Positions 1-8,500 of a stretch of DNA of 24,000 nt are shown here, piece after piece. This DNA comes from Rhizobium sp. Q54. GTDB taxonomy: Bacteria; Pseudomonadota; Alphaproteobacteria; SHVV01. The notes below the pieces were generated by a model. That model did no database searches. It had not been told where the DNA came from and worked only from the letters and a program-made list of their open reading frames with translations. Every line of letters begins with the position of its first letter. Position 1 is the stretch's first letter. The stretch spans positions 7,263 to 31,262 of the forward strand of contig CAMDOQ010000007.1 of assembly GCA_945903685.1 (NCBI GenBank). The letters run 5' to 3'. Made by a program: the position numbers and the translations under genes.

Positions 1-2
1 GC

Positions 3-536
3 GGCTACGCCGCCGGCGTCGCGGCGCGGGCGTTCCCGCGCGGACCCGCCGACTTGATCGCCTTGTTCAACGACGACCTCGACCGGCGCATGGTCGAGGC
101 GCTCGCTCCCGCCCAGCTCGCCAAGCTCAAGATCCGCGAGCGGATCGCGCTCGCGGTCAAGACCCGGCTCGAATTGTGTCGGCCGCATCGCGAAGCCGCC
201 GGCCGCGCCGTCGCGTACTACGCCGCGCCGGGTCAAGCGCTGGCCGGTGCGCGCGCGATCGCCCGCACCGTCGATCTCATGTGGCGGGCTGCCGGCGATA
301 CCGCGACCGATTTCAACTACTACTCCAAGCGGGCGCTGCTCGCCGGCGTCTACACGACGACCCTCGCTTATTGGCTGGTCGACAACTCGGCCGCGAACGA
401 AGCAACGTGGCGGTTCCTCGACCGCCGCATCGCCGACGTCATGAGCATCCAGACTTGGCGGGGCCGCGCCACGCAGCGCCTGAGCGCGATCGGCGAACTG
501 CTCGCCCGACGCGGACCGTTCCCGCGGCGGTCCTAG
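3..536 (+). CDS. COQ9-family protein (ubiquinone-biosynthesis accessory / 'rpsU-divergently transcribed' family); 3' part only, the gene starts upstream of the window
   Basis: Frame 3 is open from base 3, so the 160-aa track ORF (TTG at 54) is only the in-window part. The helical sequence ...DLMWRAAGDTATDFNYYSKRALLAGVYTTTLAYWLVD...TWRFLDRRIADVM fits my recollection of bacterial COQ9-like proteins. Stop TAG at 534-536. Assignment is by recall only. Confidence 0.6.
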   Translation, partial: GYAAGVAARAFPRGPADLIALFNDDLDRRMVEALAPAQLAKLKIRERIALAVKTRLELCRPHREAAGRAVAYYAAPGQALAGARAIARTVDLMWRAAGDTATDFNYYSKRALLAGVYTTTLAYWLVDNSAANEATWRFLDRRIADVMSIQTWRGRATQRLSAIGELLARRGPFPRRS

Positions 537-542
537 CGGGGA

Positions 543-1034
543 TCAGCCGGTCGGGATCTCGGCGAGTTTGGCGGCCTGAGCTTCGCGCCAGGCGGCGACG
601 GCGGCGGCGATCTTGGCGTCGGCCAGCCCTAGCACTTGCGCGGCGATGATGGCGGCGTTGACGGCCCCCGCCTTGCCGATCGCCAGCGTTCCGACCGGCA
701 CGCCCCCCGGCATCTGCACGATCGAGAGCAGGCTATCCATGCCTTTGAGCGCGCCGCTCTCCATCGGCACGCCGAACACCGGCAGCGACGTCTGCGCGGC
801 CACGACCCCGGGCAAATGCGCGGCGCCGCCGGCGCCGGCGATCAGGACGCGCAGGCCGCGCTCGCGGGCGCCAGTCACGTATTCGGTCAAACGCTTCGGC
901 TTGCGGTGCGCCGAGATGATGCGCGCCTCGTTGGCGACGCCGAGTTCGTCGAGCGTCGACGACGCGTGTTTCATCGTTTCCCAGTCGGACTGGCTGCCCA
1001 TCAAGATGCCAACCAGCGGCGTGCGATCGTTCAT
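543..1034 (-). CDS. purE: 5-(carboxyamino)imidazole ribonucleotide (N5-CAIR) mutase
   Basis: 163 aa with PurE hallmarks: [20 protein letters not shown] and [13 protein letters not shown]...PVFGVP. Strong SD (GGAGGGAG) lies 3 nt upstream of the ATG at 1034. Convergent with the COQ9-like gene, 6 bp apart. Confidence 0.95.
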   Translation of the reverse strand: MNDRTPLVGILMGSQSDWETMKHASSTLDELGVANEARIISAHRKPKRLTEYVTGARERGLRVLIAGAGGAAHLPGVVAAQTSLPVFGVPMESGALKGMDSLLSIVQMPGGVPVGTLAIGKAGAVNAAIIAAQVLGLADAKIAAAVAAWREAQAAKLAEIPTG

Positions 1035-1228
1035 GACTCCCTCCGAAAAAGGCGCCGATTATAGGCAGCGCGAGCGCGGCTGCAACGATCCGTGATCGCC
1101 GTCACAGCTCGGTACCTTCTTCGCGGCGAGGCGGGCGATGCCTACCGTGGCCGGGGTCCTATGCTACACTTCGGTCCAACGCGCCGGTCATGATCGGGCG
1201 CGACGATCGTCCGTACGACGAGGGGTCG

Positions 1229-1975
1229 ATGAAAATCGGGGGAACGCCGCGCTACGCGGAGATCGCCCGCACTGGCAAGGTCAAGCCGGGGGCGCGGAGC
1301 GACGCGGCCGACAACGTCGAACGGTCGGCGTCGGGCGCTGCGTCGGCGGTCGCCGATACCATGTCGATCATGGGGGTGCCCGAGACCGAGCTCACCGCCA
1401 AGGTCCGCACCGCGTTGATGACGCTGATGCGCGAAGTCGAGGAGCTCCGGCGCGATCTCAACCGCACCCGCGCCCGTCTCGCCGAACTCGAACGCGAGGC
1501 CGACCAGGACACCCTGACCCCGCTCGCCAACCGGCGCGCGTTCGTGCGCGAACTGTCCAAGGTGATGTCGTTCACCGAGCGCTATGGCGGCGGCGCCAGC
1601 CTGATCTACTTCGACGTAAACAATCTGAAGATCATCAACGACACCCACGGCCACGCGGCCGGCGACGGCGCGCTGTTGAAGATCGCTGAGACGATCACCG
1701 AACAGATCCGCGAGTCCGACGTGGTCGGCCGCCTGGGCGGCGACGAGTTCGGCGTGATCCTCGCGCAGTCCGATGCCGACAAGGCGGTCGAGAAGGCCGA
1801 GTCCTTGGCTGATGCGATCGCCGCGGCGCCGTTCGAGTGGGAGGGAACGCCGATCAAGCTCGCTGTTGCGTTCGGCGTTCACACGTTCCGGCCGGGTGAC
1901 GACGCCAGTAAGGCGTTGGCCGAGGCCGACCGCGCCATGTACAAGCGCAAGCAGGCGATGAAGAACGGCAACTAG
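1229..1975 (+). CDS. Small cytosolic diguanylate cyclase (GGDEF domain) with an N-terminal coiled-coil/leucine-zipper segment
   Basis: The C-terminal half is a canonical GGDEF domain (NRRAF...YFDVNNLKIINDTHGHAAGD...RLGGDEFGVIL...ADRAMYKRK). An RxxD I-site (RESD) sits five residues upstream of GGDEF. I prefer the ATG at 1229 (GAGGGG SD 4 nt upstream) over the track start at 1190; both are in frame. Confidence 0.88.
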   Translation: MKIGGTPRYAEIARTGKVKPGARSDAADNVERSASGAASAVADTMSIMGVPETELTAKVRTALMTLMREVEELRRDLNRTRARLAELEREADQDTLTPLANRRAFVRELSKVMSFTERYGGGASLIYFDVNNLKIINDTHGHAAGDGALLKIAETITEQIRESDVVGRLGGDEFGVILAQSDADKAVEKAESLADAIAAAPFEWEGTPIKLAVAFGVHTFRPGDDASKALAEADRAMYKRKQAMKNGN

Positions 1976-1994
1976 CCGGCGTCGTGGCGCCGGC
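1975..1994. terminator. GC hairpin in the 22-bp gap between the convergent GGDEF and DUF465 genes
   Basis: GCCGGCG / CGCCGGC arms (7 bp) flank a short loop. On the + strand the hairpin is followed by GGTTT. It fills essentially the whole convergent intergenic space. Confidence 0.4.
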
Positions 1995-1997
1995 GGT

Positions 1998-2186
1998 TTA
2001 GCGCGCCGACCCCTGCTTCTCGATCTTGGCAATCTCGTCTTTGAGCGCGAGCTTGCGCTTCTTGAGCCGCGCCAGCTGCATTTCGTCGCTCCGGTTCTTG
2101 TCGGAGAGGGCGGCGATCGCTTGATCGAGGTCGCGATGTTCGGTCTTGAGGCCGCTGAGTTTCGCTTGCAAGTCCTTGCGTGCCAT
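1998..2186 (-). CDS. DUF465 (YdcH-like) small coiled-coil protein
   Basis: 62 aa. LQAKLSGLKTEHRDLDQAIAAL...LARLKKRKLALKDEIAKIE is the typical DUF465 pattern. Weak AGGA SD precedes the ATG at 2186. Confidence 0.8.
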   Translation of the reverse strand: MARKDLQAKLSGLKTEHRDLDQAIAALSDKNRSDEMQLARLKKRKLALKDEIAKIEKQGSAR

Positions 2187-2251
2187 GGGTCCTGCGTTTC
2201 TCTGTGGTCGCGCTTATCATAGCAGGGCAACGAGTGGGCGAGTAAGCCGAT

Positions 2252-2812
2252 ATGCGGGTCCGTCAAGCCTCGCGCCCGAGCGAACGCGCGTTCGCGCGCT
2301 ATGCATTTCGCCTTTACGGCCGGGCGGGCGTCGCGCGCGCCTGCCTCGCCCTCCAGGATCGCGCTGGCGCCGACGTCAATCTCGTGTTGCTGGCGTGCTG
2401 GTGGGGCGCGAGCGGCCGCGGCCGACTGTCGGTCGCGGCGTTCGGGCGCGCTCGCCGGGCGCTCGCCGTCTGGAACCGCGACGTGGTCCACGCGCTGCGT
2501 CGGGTGCGGCGCGCGCTCAAGGCCGGGGCCGGCGCACGTCCCAATGCGGGAAGCGATGCGCTCCGGCTCCGGATCCTCGCGGCCGAACTCGCGGCCGAAC
2601 GGATCGCGCAGGCGCGAATCGTAACCGCCCTCGCCGCGACGGCCCAGCGCATGCCGAGCGCGCCGGCGAGCGCGATCGGCGCGAGCTTGGTGGCGTATTG
2701 CCGGAGTGCCGGCATCGCGCTCGATCCGGCGAACCGGCGGGCGTTGGTCGCGGTCGCGGTCGGCGCCGGGCTCGATCCGGCGGTGGCCCGGCGCGCGTTC
2801 AGAGCGACTTAG
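2252..2812 (+). CDS. TIGR02444/DUF2390-family conserved hypothetical protein
   Basis: N-terminal AFARYAFRLYGRAGVARACLALQDRAGADVNLVLLACWWG matches my memory of the family signature (FW.FSL.LY..PGV..ACL.LQD..G.DVNLLL...W). High third-position GC in this frame. The 3' end overlaps the convergent acyl-CoA synthetase gene by 14 bp. Confidence 0.6.
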   Translation: MRVRQASRPSERAFARYAFRLYGRAGVARACLALQDRAGADVNLVLLACWWGASGRGRLSVAAFGRARRALAVWNRDVVHALRRVRRALKAGAGARPNAGSDALRLRILAAELAAERIAQARIVTALAATAQRMPSAPASAIGASLVAYCRSAGIALDPANRRALVAVAVGAGLDPAVARRAFRAT

Positions 2813-4427
2813 CGCGGTCGCGCAGCACGTACTTCTGCACCTTCCCGGTCGAGGTCTTCGGCAGGTCGGCGAAGACGACGGTCTTCGGGGCCTTGAAGTG
2901 CGCCAGGTTGGCGCGGCAGAAGGCGATGATGTCGTCGGCGGTGACGTCCTTGGCCTCGGGTTTCAAGGTCACGAACGCGCACGGGGTCTCGCCCCACGTC
3001 GCGTCGGGGCGCGCCACCACCGCGGCTTCGAGCACCGCCGGATGGCGGTAGAGCACGCTCTCGACCTCGATGGTCGAGATGTTCTCGCCGCCTGAAATGA
3101 TGATGTCCTTCGACCGGTCCTTGAGCTCGATATAGCCGTCGGGGTGCCAGACGCCGAGATCGCCGGAGTGGAACCAACCGCCCTTGAACGCTTCATCCGA
3201 TGCCTTCGGGTTCTTGAGGTAGCCGCGCATGACGATATTGCCGCGGAAGAACACCTCGCCCATGGTCACCGCGTCGCGCGGCACCGGTTCGAGCGTTTTG
3301 GCATCCGCCACCATCAACGCCTCGAGCATCGGGTAGCGTACGCCCTGGCGCGACTTGATCTTGGCGCGCGCTGCTTCGTCGAGCGCGTCCCATTCGCCGT
3401 GCCACGCGCTCACCACCGCCGGCCCGTAGGTTTCGGTCAGGCCGTAGACATGGGTGAGCTGGATGCCTTCGCGCTCCATCGCCTGCAGCACGGAGGGCGG
3501 CGGCGGCGCCGCCGCGGTCATGCCCTCGATCTTATGGTCGATCCGGCGCTTCAGCTGCGAGGGGGCGTTGATCAGCGTCTGCAAGACGACCGGCGCGCCG
3601 CAGAAATGCGTGACCTTGTCCTCGGCGAAGGCGCGGTAGATGGCGCCGGCCTCGACTTTGCGAAGACACACGTGGGTTCCGGCGTTGAGCGTGATCGACC
3701 ACGGGAAGCACCAGCCGTTGCAATGGAACATCGGCAGCGTCCACAGATACACCGGGTGCGCCGGCATGTGCCAGACCAGGAGGTTCGAGACCGCGTTCAA
3801 GTAGGCACCGCGGTGGTGGTAGACGACGCCCTTCGGATTCCCGGTCGTGCCCGAGGTGTAGTTGAGCGAGATCGCCTGCCATTCGTCGGCCGGCGGCTGC
3901 CACGGGAAGTCAGGGTCGCCCTGGGCGATGAAGGATTCGTAGTCGGCGACGCCCAACCGCTCGCCGGGCGGTGCCAGCGCGTCGTCGATGTCGATCACGA
4001 GCGGTTTTTGTTTCGAGCGCGCGAGCGCTTCCTTGACTACAGCGCTGAACTCGCGGTCGACCAGCAGAACCTTGGCCTCGGCGTGTTCGAGGATGAAGGC
4101 AATGGTCGACGCGTCGAGCCGGGTGTTGATGGGATTGAGCACGGCGCCGGTCGCCGGCACGCCGTAATGGCACTCGAGCATCGCCGGGGTGTTGGCGGCG
4201 ACCGCGGCGACGGTATCGCCCAAGCCGATGCCGCGCGCGCGGAGCGCGCTCGCGAGCTGCCGCGACCGGGCGAAGAACTGGGCGTTGCTGTAGCGGGTCT
4301 CGCCGTGAACGACGGCGGTCAAGTCGGGAAAGGTGGCGGCGGTGCGCTCGATGAAGCCCAAGGGCGTGAGCGGCTGGTAGTTGGCCGCGTTCTTGTCGAG
4401 CCCGCTGTCGTAGATCGTGCCGGCCAT
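2799..4427 (-). CDS. AMP-dependent short/medium-chain acyl-CoA synthetase (AAE7/ACN1-like)
   Basis: 542 aa with AMP-binding motifs YTSGTTGNPKG, a GWFHSGDLG-type core and LPKTSTGKVQK. The N-terminus ANYQPLTPLGFIERTAATFPD resembles acyl-activating enzymes for short-chain acids. GGGAGG SD upstream of the ATG at 4427. Confidence 0.9.
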   Translation of the reverse strand: MAGTIYDSGLDKNAANYQPLTPLGFIERTAATFPDLTAVVHGETRYSNAQFFARSRQLASALRARGIGLGDTVAAVAANTPAMLECHYGVPATGAVLNPINTRLDASTIAFILEHAEAKVLLVDREFSAVVKEALARSKQKPLVIDIDDALAPPGERLGVADYESFIAQGDPDFPWQPPADEWQAISLNYTSGTTGNPKGVVYHHRGAYLNAVSNLLVWHMPAHPVYLWTLPMFHCNGWCFPWSITLNAGTHVCLRKVEAGAIYRAFAEDKVTHFCGAPVVLQTLINAPSQLKRRIDHKIEGMTAAAPPPPSVLQAMEREGIQLTHVYGLTETYGPAVVSAWHGEWDALDEAARAKIKSRQGVRYPMLEALMVADAKTLEPVPRDAVTMGEVFFRGNIVMRGYLKNPKASDEAFKGGWFHSGDLGVWHPDGYIELKDRSKDIIISGGENISTIEVESVLYRHPAVLEAAVVARPDATWGETPCAFVTLKPEAKDVTADDIIAFCRANLAHFKAPKTVVFADLPKTSTGKVQKYVLRDRAKSL

Positions 4428-4520
4428 CGCCTGCCTCCCGCCGCTGCCTGCCGGCGCGAAACTAGGCGAAGCGCCGCCCGCTTACAACGGCCCCGCGGCG
4501 GAAAGGACTGGCACCGGGCC

Positions 4521-4539
4521 GCGCTTGCTTGACAAGCGC
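4521..4539. promoter_or_regulatory. Perfect 7-bp inverted repeat GCGCTTG-N5-CAAGCGC overlapping a TTGACA hexamer, in the divergent acyl-CoA synthetase intergenic region
   Basis: Read directly: gcgcttgCTTGAcaagcgc, with TTGACA at 4529-4534. It lies about 80-100 nt from both start codons (4427 and 4620). I found no convincing -10 element at 17-bp spacing, so promoter function is uncertain. It is a candidate operator. Confidence 0.3.
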
Positions 4540-4619
4540 GCCGGCCGAGTTGTTTCTTTGGCGGCGCCGCCGGTCGCGGCGGAAAATGCGCGAAAATCGC
4601 GAAGGCGAGGGGAGAGGCC

Positions 4620-6542
4620 ATGTCCAGCCGCTACGATCAGGTCTATGCCGACTGGCAACGCGATCCGGAGGCCTACTGGGCTGAGGCCGCCGAAGGCATC
4701 CACTGGTTCAAGAAGTGGGACAAGGTTCTCGATTCGAGCCGGGCCCCGTTCTACCGCTGGTACGCCGGCGGGATGGTCAACACCTGCTACAACGCGCTCG
4801 ATCGTCACGTCGAGGCCGGCCGCGGCAATCAGGTCGCGCTCATTTACGACAGCCCGGTCACGCAGACGATCAAGAAGTTCACCTTCAGCGAAGTGAAAAC
4901 CACGGTCGCCCGCTATGCCGGCGCGCTCCGGACGCTCGGCATCGGCAAGGGCGACCGCGTCCTTATTTATATGCCGATGGTGCCGGAGACGGCGTTCGCG
5001 ATGCTGGCGTGCGCGCGCATCGGCGCGATCCATTCGGTGGTGTTCGGCGGCTTCGCCGCCAACGAGCTCGCGACCCGGATCGACGACGCCAAGCCCAAAT
5101 TGATGCTCTCGGCGAGCTGCGGCATCGAGCCGGGCCGGGTCGTGCCATATAAGCCGCTCCTGGACCAGGCGATCCAACTGGCCAAACACAAGCCGGACAA
5201 GTGCGTCGTTCTGCAGCGCGCCGACGTCGAGGCGACCCTCGTCACAGGCCGCGACCTCGAGTGGCACGAGGCCATGAACAAGGGGACGCCGGCCGACTGC
5301 GTGCCGGTGGCGGCGACCGATCCGCTCTATGTGCTCTACACCTCGGGCACGACCGGCATCCCCAAGGGCGTGGTGCGCGACAACGCCGGTCACCTGGTCG
5401 CGCTCAACTGGTCGATGGCGAACGTCTACGGCGTCAATCCGGGCGAGGTGTTCTGGGCCGCGTCCGACGTCGGCTGGGTGGTTGGGCACTCCTACATCGT
5501 TTACGGGCCGCTCATTCACGGCAACACCTCGATTCTCTACGAGGGCAAGCCGGTCGGCACGCCCGATCCCGGCGCGTTCTGGCGCGTCATCACCGACCAC
5601 AAGGTCGCCGCCATGTTCACGGCGCCGACCGCGTTCCGCGCGATCAAGCAACAGGATCCCGAGGGCGAGTACATCAAGCGCTATAGCCGCGCCGGGTTCC
5701 GCACGCTGTTCCTGGCCGGCGAGCGCTGCGACCCCGACACGCTCCATTGGGCCGAGCGGCATTTGAACGTGCCGGTGATCGATCACTGGTGGCAGACCGA
5801 GACCGGCTGGCCGATGGCCGCCAACTGCGTCGGGCTCGGCATGCTCAAAGTGAAACCCGGCTCGCCGACCAAGCCGGTGCCGGGCTACGACGTCCGCATC
5901 GTCGACCCCCAGGTCAAAGAGCTTCCGCCCGACCAGACCGGCGCCATTGTGGTCAAGCTGCCGCTGCCCCCGGGGTGCCTGCCGACGCTCTGGAACAACG
6001 ACGACGGGTTCAAGCAGTCCTATCTCGACGAGTTTCCCGGCTACTACAAGACCGCCGACGCCGGCTACCGCGACGCCGACGGTTATCTCTACGTGATGAG
6101 CCGGACCGACGACATCATCAACGTCGCCGGCCACCGCCTTTCGACCGGCGGCATGGAAGAAGTGCTGGCGGCGCACCCGGACGTCGCCGAATGCGCGGTG
6201 ATCGGGATCGGCGATCCGATCAAGGGCCAGGTCCCGGTCGGTTTCGTCGTTCTGAAAGCAGGGTGCAAACGCGGGCCCGATCAGATCGTGCCCGAGCTGG
6301 TCAAGATGGTGCGCGACCGCATCGGCCCGGTCGCTTCGTTCCGCCTGGCCGCGGTGGTCAAGCGCCTGCCCAAGACGCGCTCGGGCAAGATCCTGCGCGG
6401 CACCATGCGCCGGATCGCCGACGGCGAGGAGTACCGGATGCCGGCGACGATCGACGATCCGGTGATTCTCGCCGAGATTACCGACGCGATGAAAGGGATC
6501 GGGCTCGACAAGGCGGCATCGAGCCGCGTGCAGCAGGGGTAA
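4620..6542 (+). CDS. prpE: Propionate--CoA ligase (propionyl-CoA synthetase; acetyl-CoA synthetase family)
   Basis: 640 aa. The N-terminus ...DPEAYWAEAAEGIHWFKKWDKVLDSSRAPFYRWYAGGMVNTCYNALDRHV and IYMPMVPETAFAMLACARIGAIHSVVFGGFAANELATRIDDAKPK are PrpE-like. AMP motifs YTSGTTGIPKG and LPKTRSGKILR are present. GGGGAGAGG SD before the ATG. Confidence 0.88.
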   Translation: MSSRYDQVYADWQRDPEAYWAEAAEGIHWFKKWDKVLDSSRAPFYRWYAGGMVNTCYNALDRHVEAGRGNQVALIYDSPVTQTIKKFTFSEVKTTVARYAGALRTLGIGKGDRVLIYMPMVPETAFAMLACARIGAIHSVVFGGFAANELATRIDDAKPKLMLSASCGIEPGRVVPYKPLLDQAIQLAKHKPDKCVVLQRADVEATLVTGRDLEWHEAMNKGTPADCVPVAATDPLYVLYTSGTTGIPKGVVRDNAGHLVALNWSMANVYGVNPGEVFWAASDVGWVVGHSYIVYGPLIHGNTSILYEGKPVGTPDPGAFWRVITDHKVAAMFTAPTAFRAIKQQDPEGEYIKRYSRAGFRTLFLAGERCDPDTLHWAERHLNVPVIDHWWQTETGWPMAANCVGLGMLKVKPGSPTKPVPGYDVRIVDPQVKELPPDQTGAIVVKLPLPPGCLPTLWNNDDGFKQSYLDEFPGYYKTADAGYRDADGYLYVMSRTDDIINVAGHRLSTGGMEEVLAAHPDVAECAVIGIGDPIKGQVPVGFVVLKAGCKRGPDQIVPELVKMVRDRIGPVASFRLAAVVKRLPKTRSGKILRGTMRRIADGEEYRMPATIDDPVILAEITDAMKGIGLDKAASSRVQQG

Positions 6543-6574
6543 GACCCCTCCGGCTCCCTCCGCTCGCTCCCGCG

Positions 6575-6614
6575 CCACCCCACCCTTACCCGCCCCCCTC
6601 GAGGGGGGGCGGGG
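6575..6614 (+). repeat. C-rich box + GC hairpin element (copy A), likely the 3'-end structure/terminator between convergent prpE and trcR
   Basis: CCACCCCACCCTTACCC is followed by the near-perfect palindrome CCCGCCCCCCTC/GAGGGGGGGCGGGG. Closely similar to copy C at 20152-20193 and, with compensatory stem changes, to 13441-13476. Confidence 0.6.
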
Positions 6615-6619
6615 ACGGT

Positions 6620-7309
6620 TCAGGAGGTGCTCGGGGCGGGGCCGGGATCGGACGCGGGCGGCGCCTCCGCCGGCGTTGCCGCGGCGGCCTGGGCCGCCTG
6701 CGCCGCCGCCCGGGTCGCTAGCGCTTCGGCCTCGACGTCGGCTTGACGCTTGGCCGCGACCTTGGCGTCGCGGGCCTCCTGGTTGAGCTTGCGCCGCTTG
6801 GCCTTGGTGACGGCGCTGTCGAGCTCGGTCTGCGTGCACATCCCGAGCGAGACCGGGTCCTCGAGCTTGACGTTCGAGATGTTCCAGTGCGTCCGCTCGC
6901 GGATCGAGTTGATGGTCGACTTGGTGGTGCCGACCAGCTTGGCGACTTGGCCGTCGGTGAGCTCGGGGTGGTAGCGCAGGAGCCACGCGATCGTATTCGG
7001 CCGATCCTGGCGCTTGGCGACCGGGGTGTAGCGCGGACCCTTGGCCCGCGCGATCGGCTGCGGGATGTCGGCCTTGATCATGTTGAGTTTCCGCGTCTTG
7101 TCGGCCGCGCACGCGGCGATCTCGTCCGCGGTGAGGATTCCGGACGCGATCGGATCGTGGCCGACGATCCCGGTCGCGACCTCGCCGTCGGCGATGCCTT
7201 GGACCTCGAGGTGGTGCAGCCCGCAAAACTCGCCGATCTGCGGGAACGCGAGCGTGGTGTTTTCGATCAGCCAAACGGCCGTCGCTTTCGGCATCAAGGG
7301 CCTAGACAT
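6620..7309 (-). CDS. trcR: DUF1013-family protein (cell cycle transcriptional regulator TrcR family)
   Basis: 229 aa. The N-terminus MPKATAVWLIENTTLAFPQIGEFCGLHHLEVQGIADGEVATGIVGHDPI..G.LT.DEI is the highly conserved DUF1013 signature. The C-terminus is a Lys/Ala- then Ala/Pro-rich tail. GGAG SD lies 9 nt upstream of the ATG at 7309. Confidence 0.85.
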   Translation of the reverse strand: MSRPLMPKATAVWLIENTTLAFPQIGEFCGLHHLEVQGIADGEVATGIVGHDPIASGILTADEIAACAADKTRKLNMIKADIPQPIARAKGPRYTPVAKRQDRPNTIAWLLRYHPELTDGQVAKLVGTTKSTINSIRERTHWNISNVKLEDPVSLGMCTQTELDSAVTKAKRRKLNQEARDAKVAAKRQADVEAEALATRAAAQAAQAAAATPAEAPPASDPGPAPSTS

Positions 7310-7401
7310 CGCTCAACTCCATGTCCGGGGGGCGCCGCCTAAGGGCGTGGCGCCGGTAATCGTTACCGTCGTTTAACACGATTCGGCGGCGCGGGAAAAC
7401 C

Positions 7402-8403
7402 TCAGGGCAGTAAAAGAATCTTCCCGACGTGCTGGCTGGTTTCCATGCGTGCCTGCGCCGCCCCGGCCTCGGCCAACGGATAGGTGCGGTCGATCACCGG
7501 TTTGATGCGGCCCTGGGCCAGCAACGGCCACGCGATCTGTTCGAGTTTGGCGGCGATCTGCGCTTTCTCCTCGATCGAGCGCGGCCGCAGCCGCGAGCCG
7601 GTCAGATAGAGGCCCTTGGCCATCACCGGCACCAGGCTGAGCTCGACCTTGTGGCCCTGCGGCATGGCGATGTGGACGAGGCGCCCCTCGTTGGCGAGCG
7701 CCTTCAGGTTGCGCGCGACGTAGTCGCCGCCGACCATGTCGAGAATCACGTCGACGCCTTCGCCCTCGGTGAGCGCGGCGATCGCGGCGACGAAATCTTC
7801 GGTCTTGTAGTTGATCGCGCGCTCGGCGCCGAGTGCCTCGCAGGCGCGGCATTTCTGGTCCGAGCCGGCGGTCGCGAACACGCGGACGCCGAGCGCATCG
7901 GCCAGCTGAATCGCGACCGTGCCGATCCCGCTCGATCCGCCGTGGACCAGGAGGCGCTCGCCGTCCTTGAGCCAGGCGCGGTCGAACAGATTGGCCCACA
8001 CCGTGAAGAACGCCTCGGGCAGCGCGCCCGCCGCGACCACGTCGATCCCGGCCGGCACCGGCAGCGTGTTGTCGGCCGGCGCCAGGCAATAACTCGCGTA
8101 GCCGGCACCCGGCACCAGGGCGCACACCGGATCGCCCACCCGGTAACGATGGACGCCCGGCCCGACCGCCGCGACCCACCCGGCAGCCTCGAGCCCCATG
8201 ATCTCGGGCGCACCCGGCGGCGGCGGATAGGTGCCCGCGCGCTGCATGCAATCGGCGCGGTTGATCCCGGCCGATGCGACTTGGATCAGCACCTCGCCCA
8301 GGCCCGGCACCGGCGTCGGCCGGGTCGCGAGGCGCAATACTTCAGGCCCGCCGGGCTTGGTGATTTCGACCACCGTCATGGTCGCCGGAATGGCGCTCGC
8401 CAT
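7402..8403 (-). CDS. qor: NAD(P)H:quinone oxidoreductase (zinc-independent MDR family, Qor/PIG3 type)
   Basis: VVEITKPGGPEVLRL...GEVLIQVASAGINRAD...LLVHGGSSGIGTVAIQLA... is typical Qor. The track ORF (to 8607) carries an implausible Ser/Arg-rich N-terminal extension. I start at the ATG at 8403 (MASAIPATMTVVEI); the ATG at 8379 (MTVVEI) is an equally plausible start. Confidence 0.88.
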   Translation of the reverse strand: MASAIPATMTVVEITKPGGPEVLRLATRPTPVPGLGEVLIQVASAGINRADCMQRAGTYPPPPGAPEIMGLEAAGWVAAVGPGVHRYRVGDPVCALVPGAGYASYCLAPADNTLPVPAGIDVVAAGALPEAFFTVWANLFDRAWLKDGERLLVHGGSSGIGTVAIQLADALGVRVFATAGSDQKCRACEALGAERAINYKTEDFVAAIAALTEGEGVDVILDMVGGDYVARNLKALANEGRLVHIAMPQGHKVELSLVPVMAKGLYLTGSRLRPRSIEEKAQIAAKLEQIAWPLLAQGRIKPVIDRTYPLAEAGAAQARMETSQHVGKILLLP

Positions 8404-8500
8404 CGTTCGCACTCGCTTGCTGGGGCCCCGAGGAAGGGTTGCACCTCTAATATGAACGCCGCACACTGGCAAGGCGCGAACCGACAACGCCGAGGCCGCG

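Noticed and set aside
1142-2491. 449-aa minus-strand ORF across the GGDEF, DUF465 and DUF2390 genes.
   Set aside because: It overlaps three better-supported genes, has Arg/Pro/Ala-rich composition and shows no motifs.
2799-2812. 14-bp overlap of the 3' ends of the convergent DUF2390-family and acyl-CoA synthetase genes.
   Set aside because: Both stop codons are unambiguous, and small convergent overlaps occur in compact genomes. I found no evidence of anything beyond tight packing.
3144-4532. 462-aa plus-strand ORF opposite the acyl-CoA synthetase gene. Similar shadows occur at 7429-8718, 8447-9634, 9771-10778, 10109-11146, 13928-15094, 14940-15863, 16008-16898, 16417-17499, 17663-18571, 19538-20482, 21099-21842, 21817-22926 and 22617-23501.
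   Set aside because: Each is antisense or out of frame relative to a gene identified by strong family motifs, and all have the Arg/Gly/Asp/Pro-rich composition of non-coding frames in GC-rich DNA.
4482-7274. 930-aa minus-strand ORF, the longest in the track, spanning prpE and most of trcR.
   Set aside because: It is antisense to the well-supported PrpE gene and out of frame through the TrcR gene. Its composition is extreme (Arg/Gly/Pro/Asp/Ala-rich) and it shows no recognisable motif. This is a typical stop-free shadow frame in high-GC DNA.
7380-7384. GANTC (CcrM methylation motif, GATTC) about 70 nt upstream of the cell-cycle regulator homologue trcR.
   Set aside because: This is a single site. 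By rough base-composition estimate, one GANTC in a 92-nt gap is not unexpected by chance, and I found no paired CtrA-box (TTAA-N7-TTAA).
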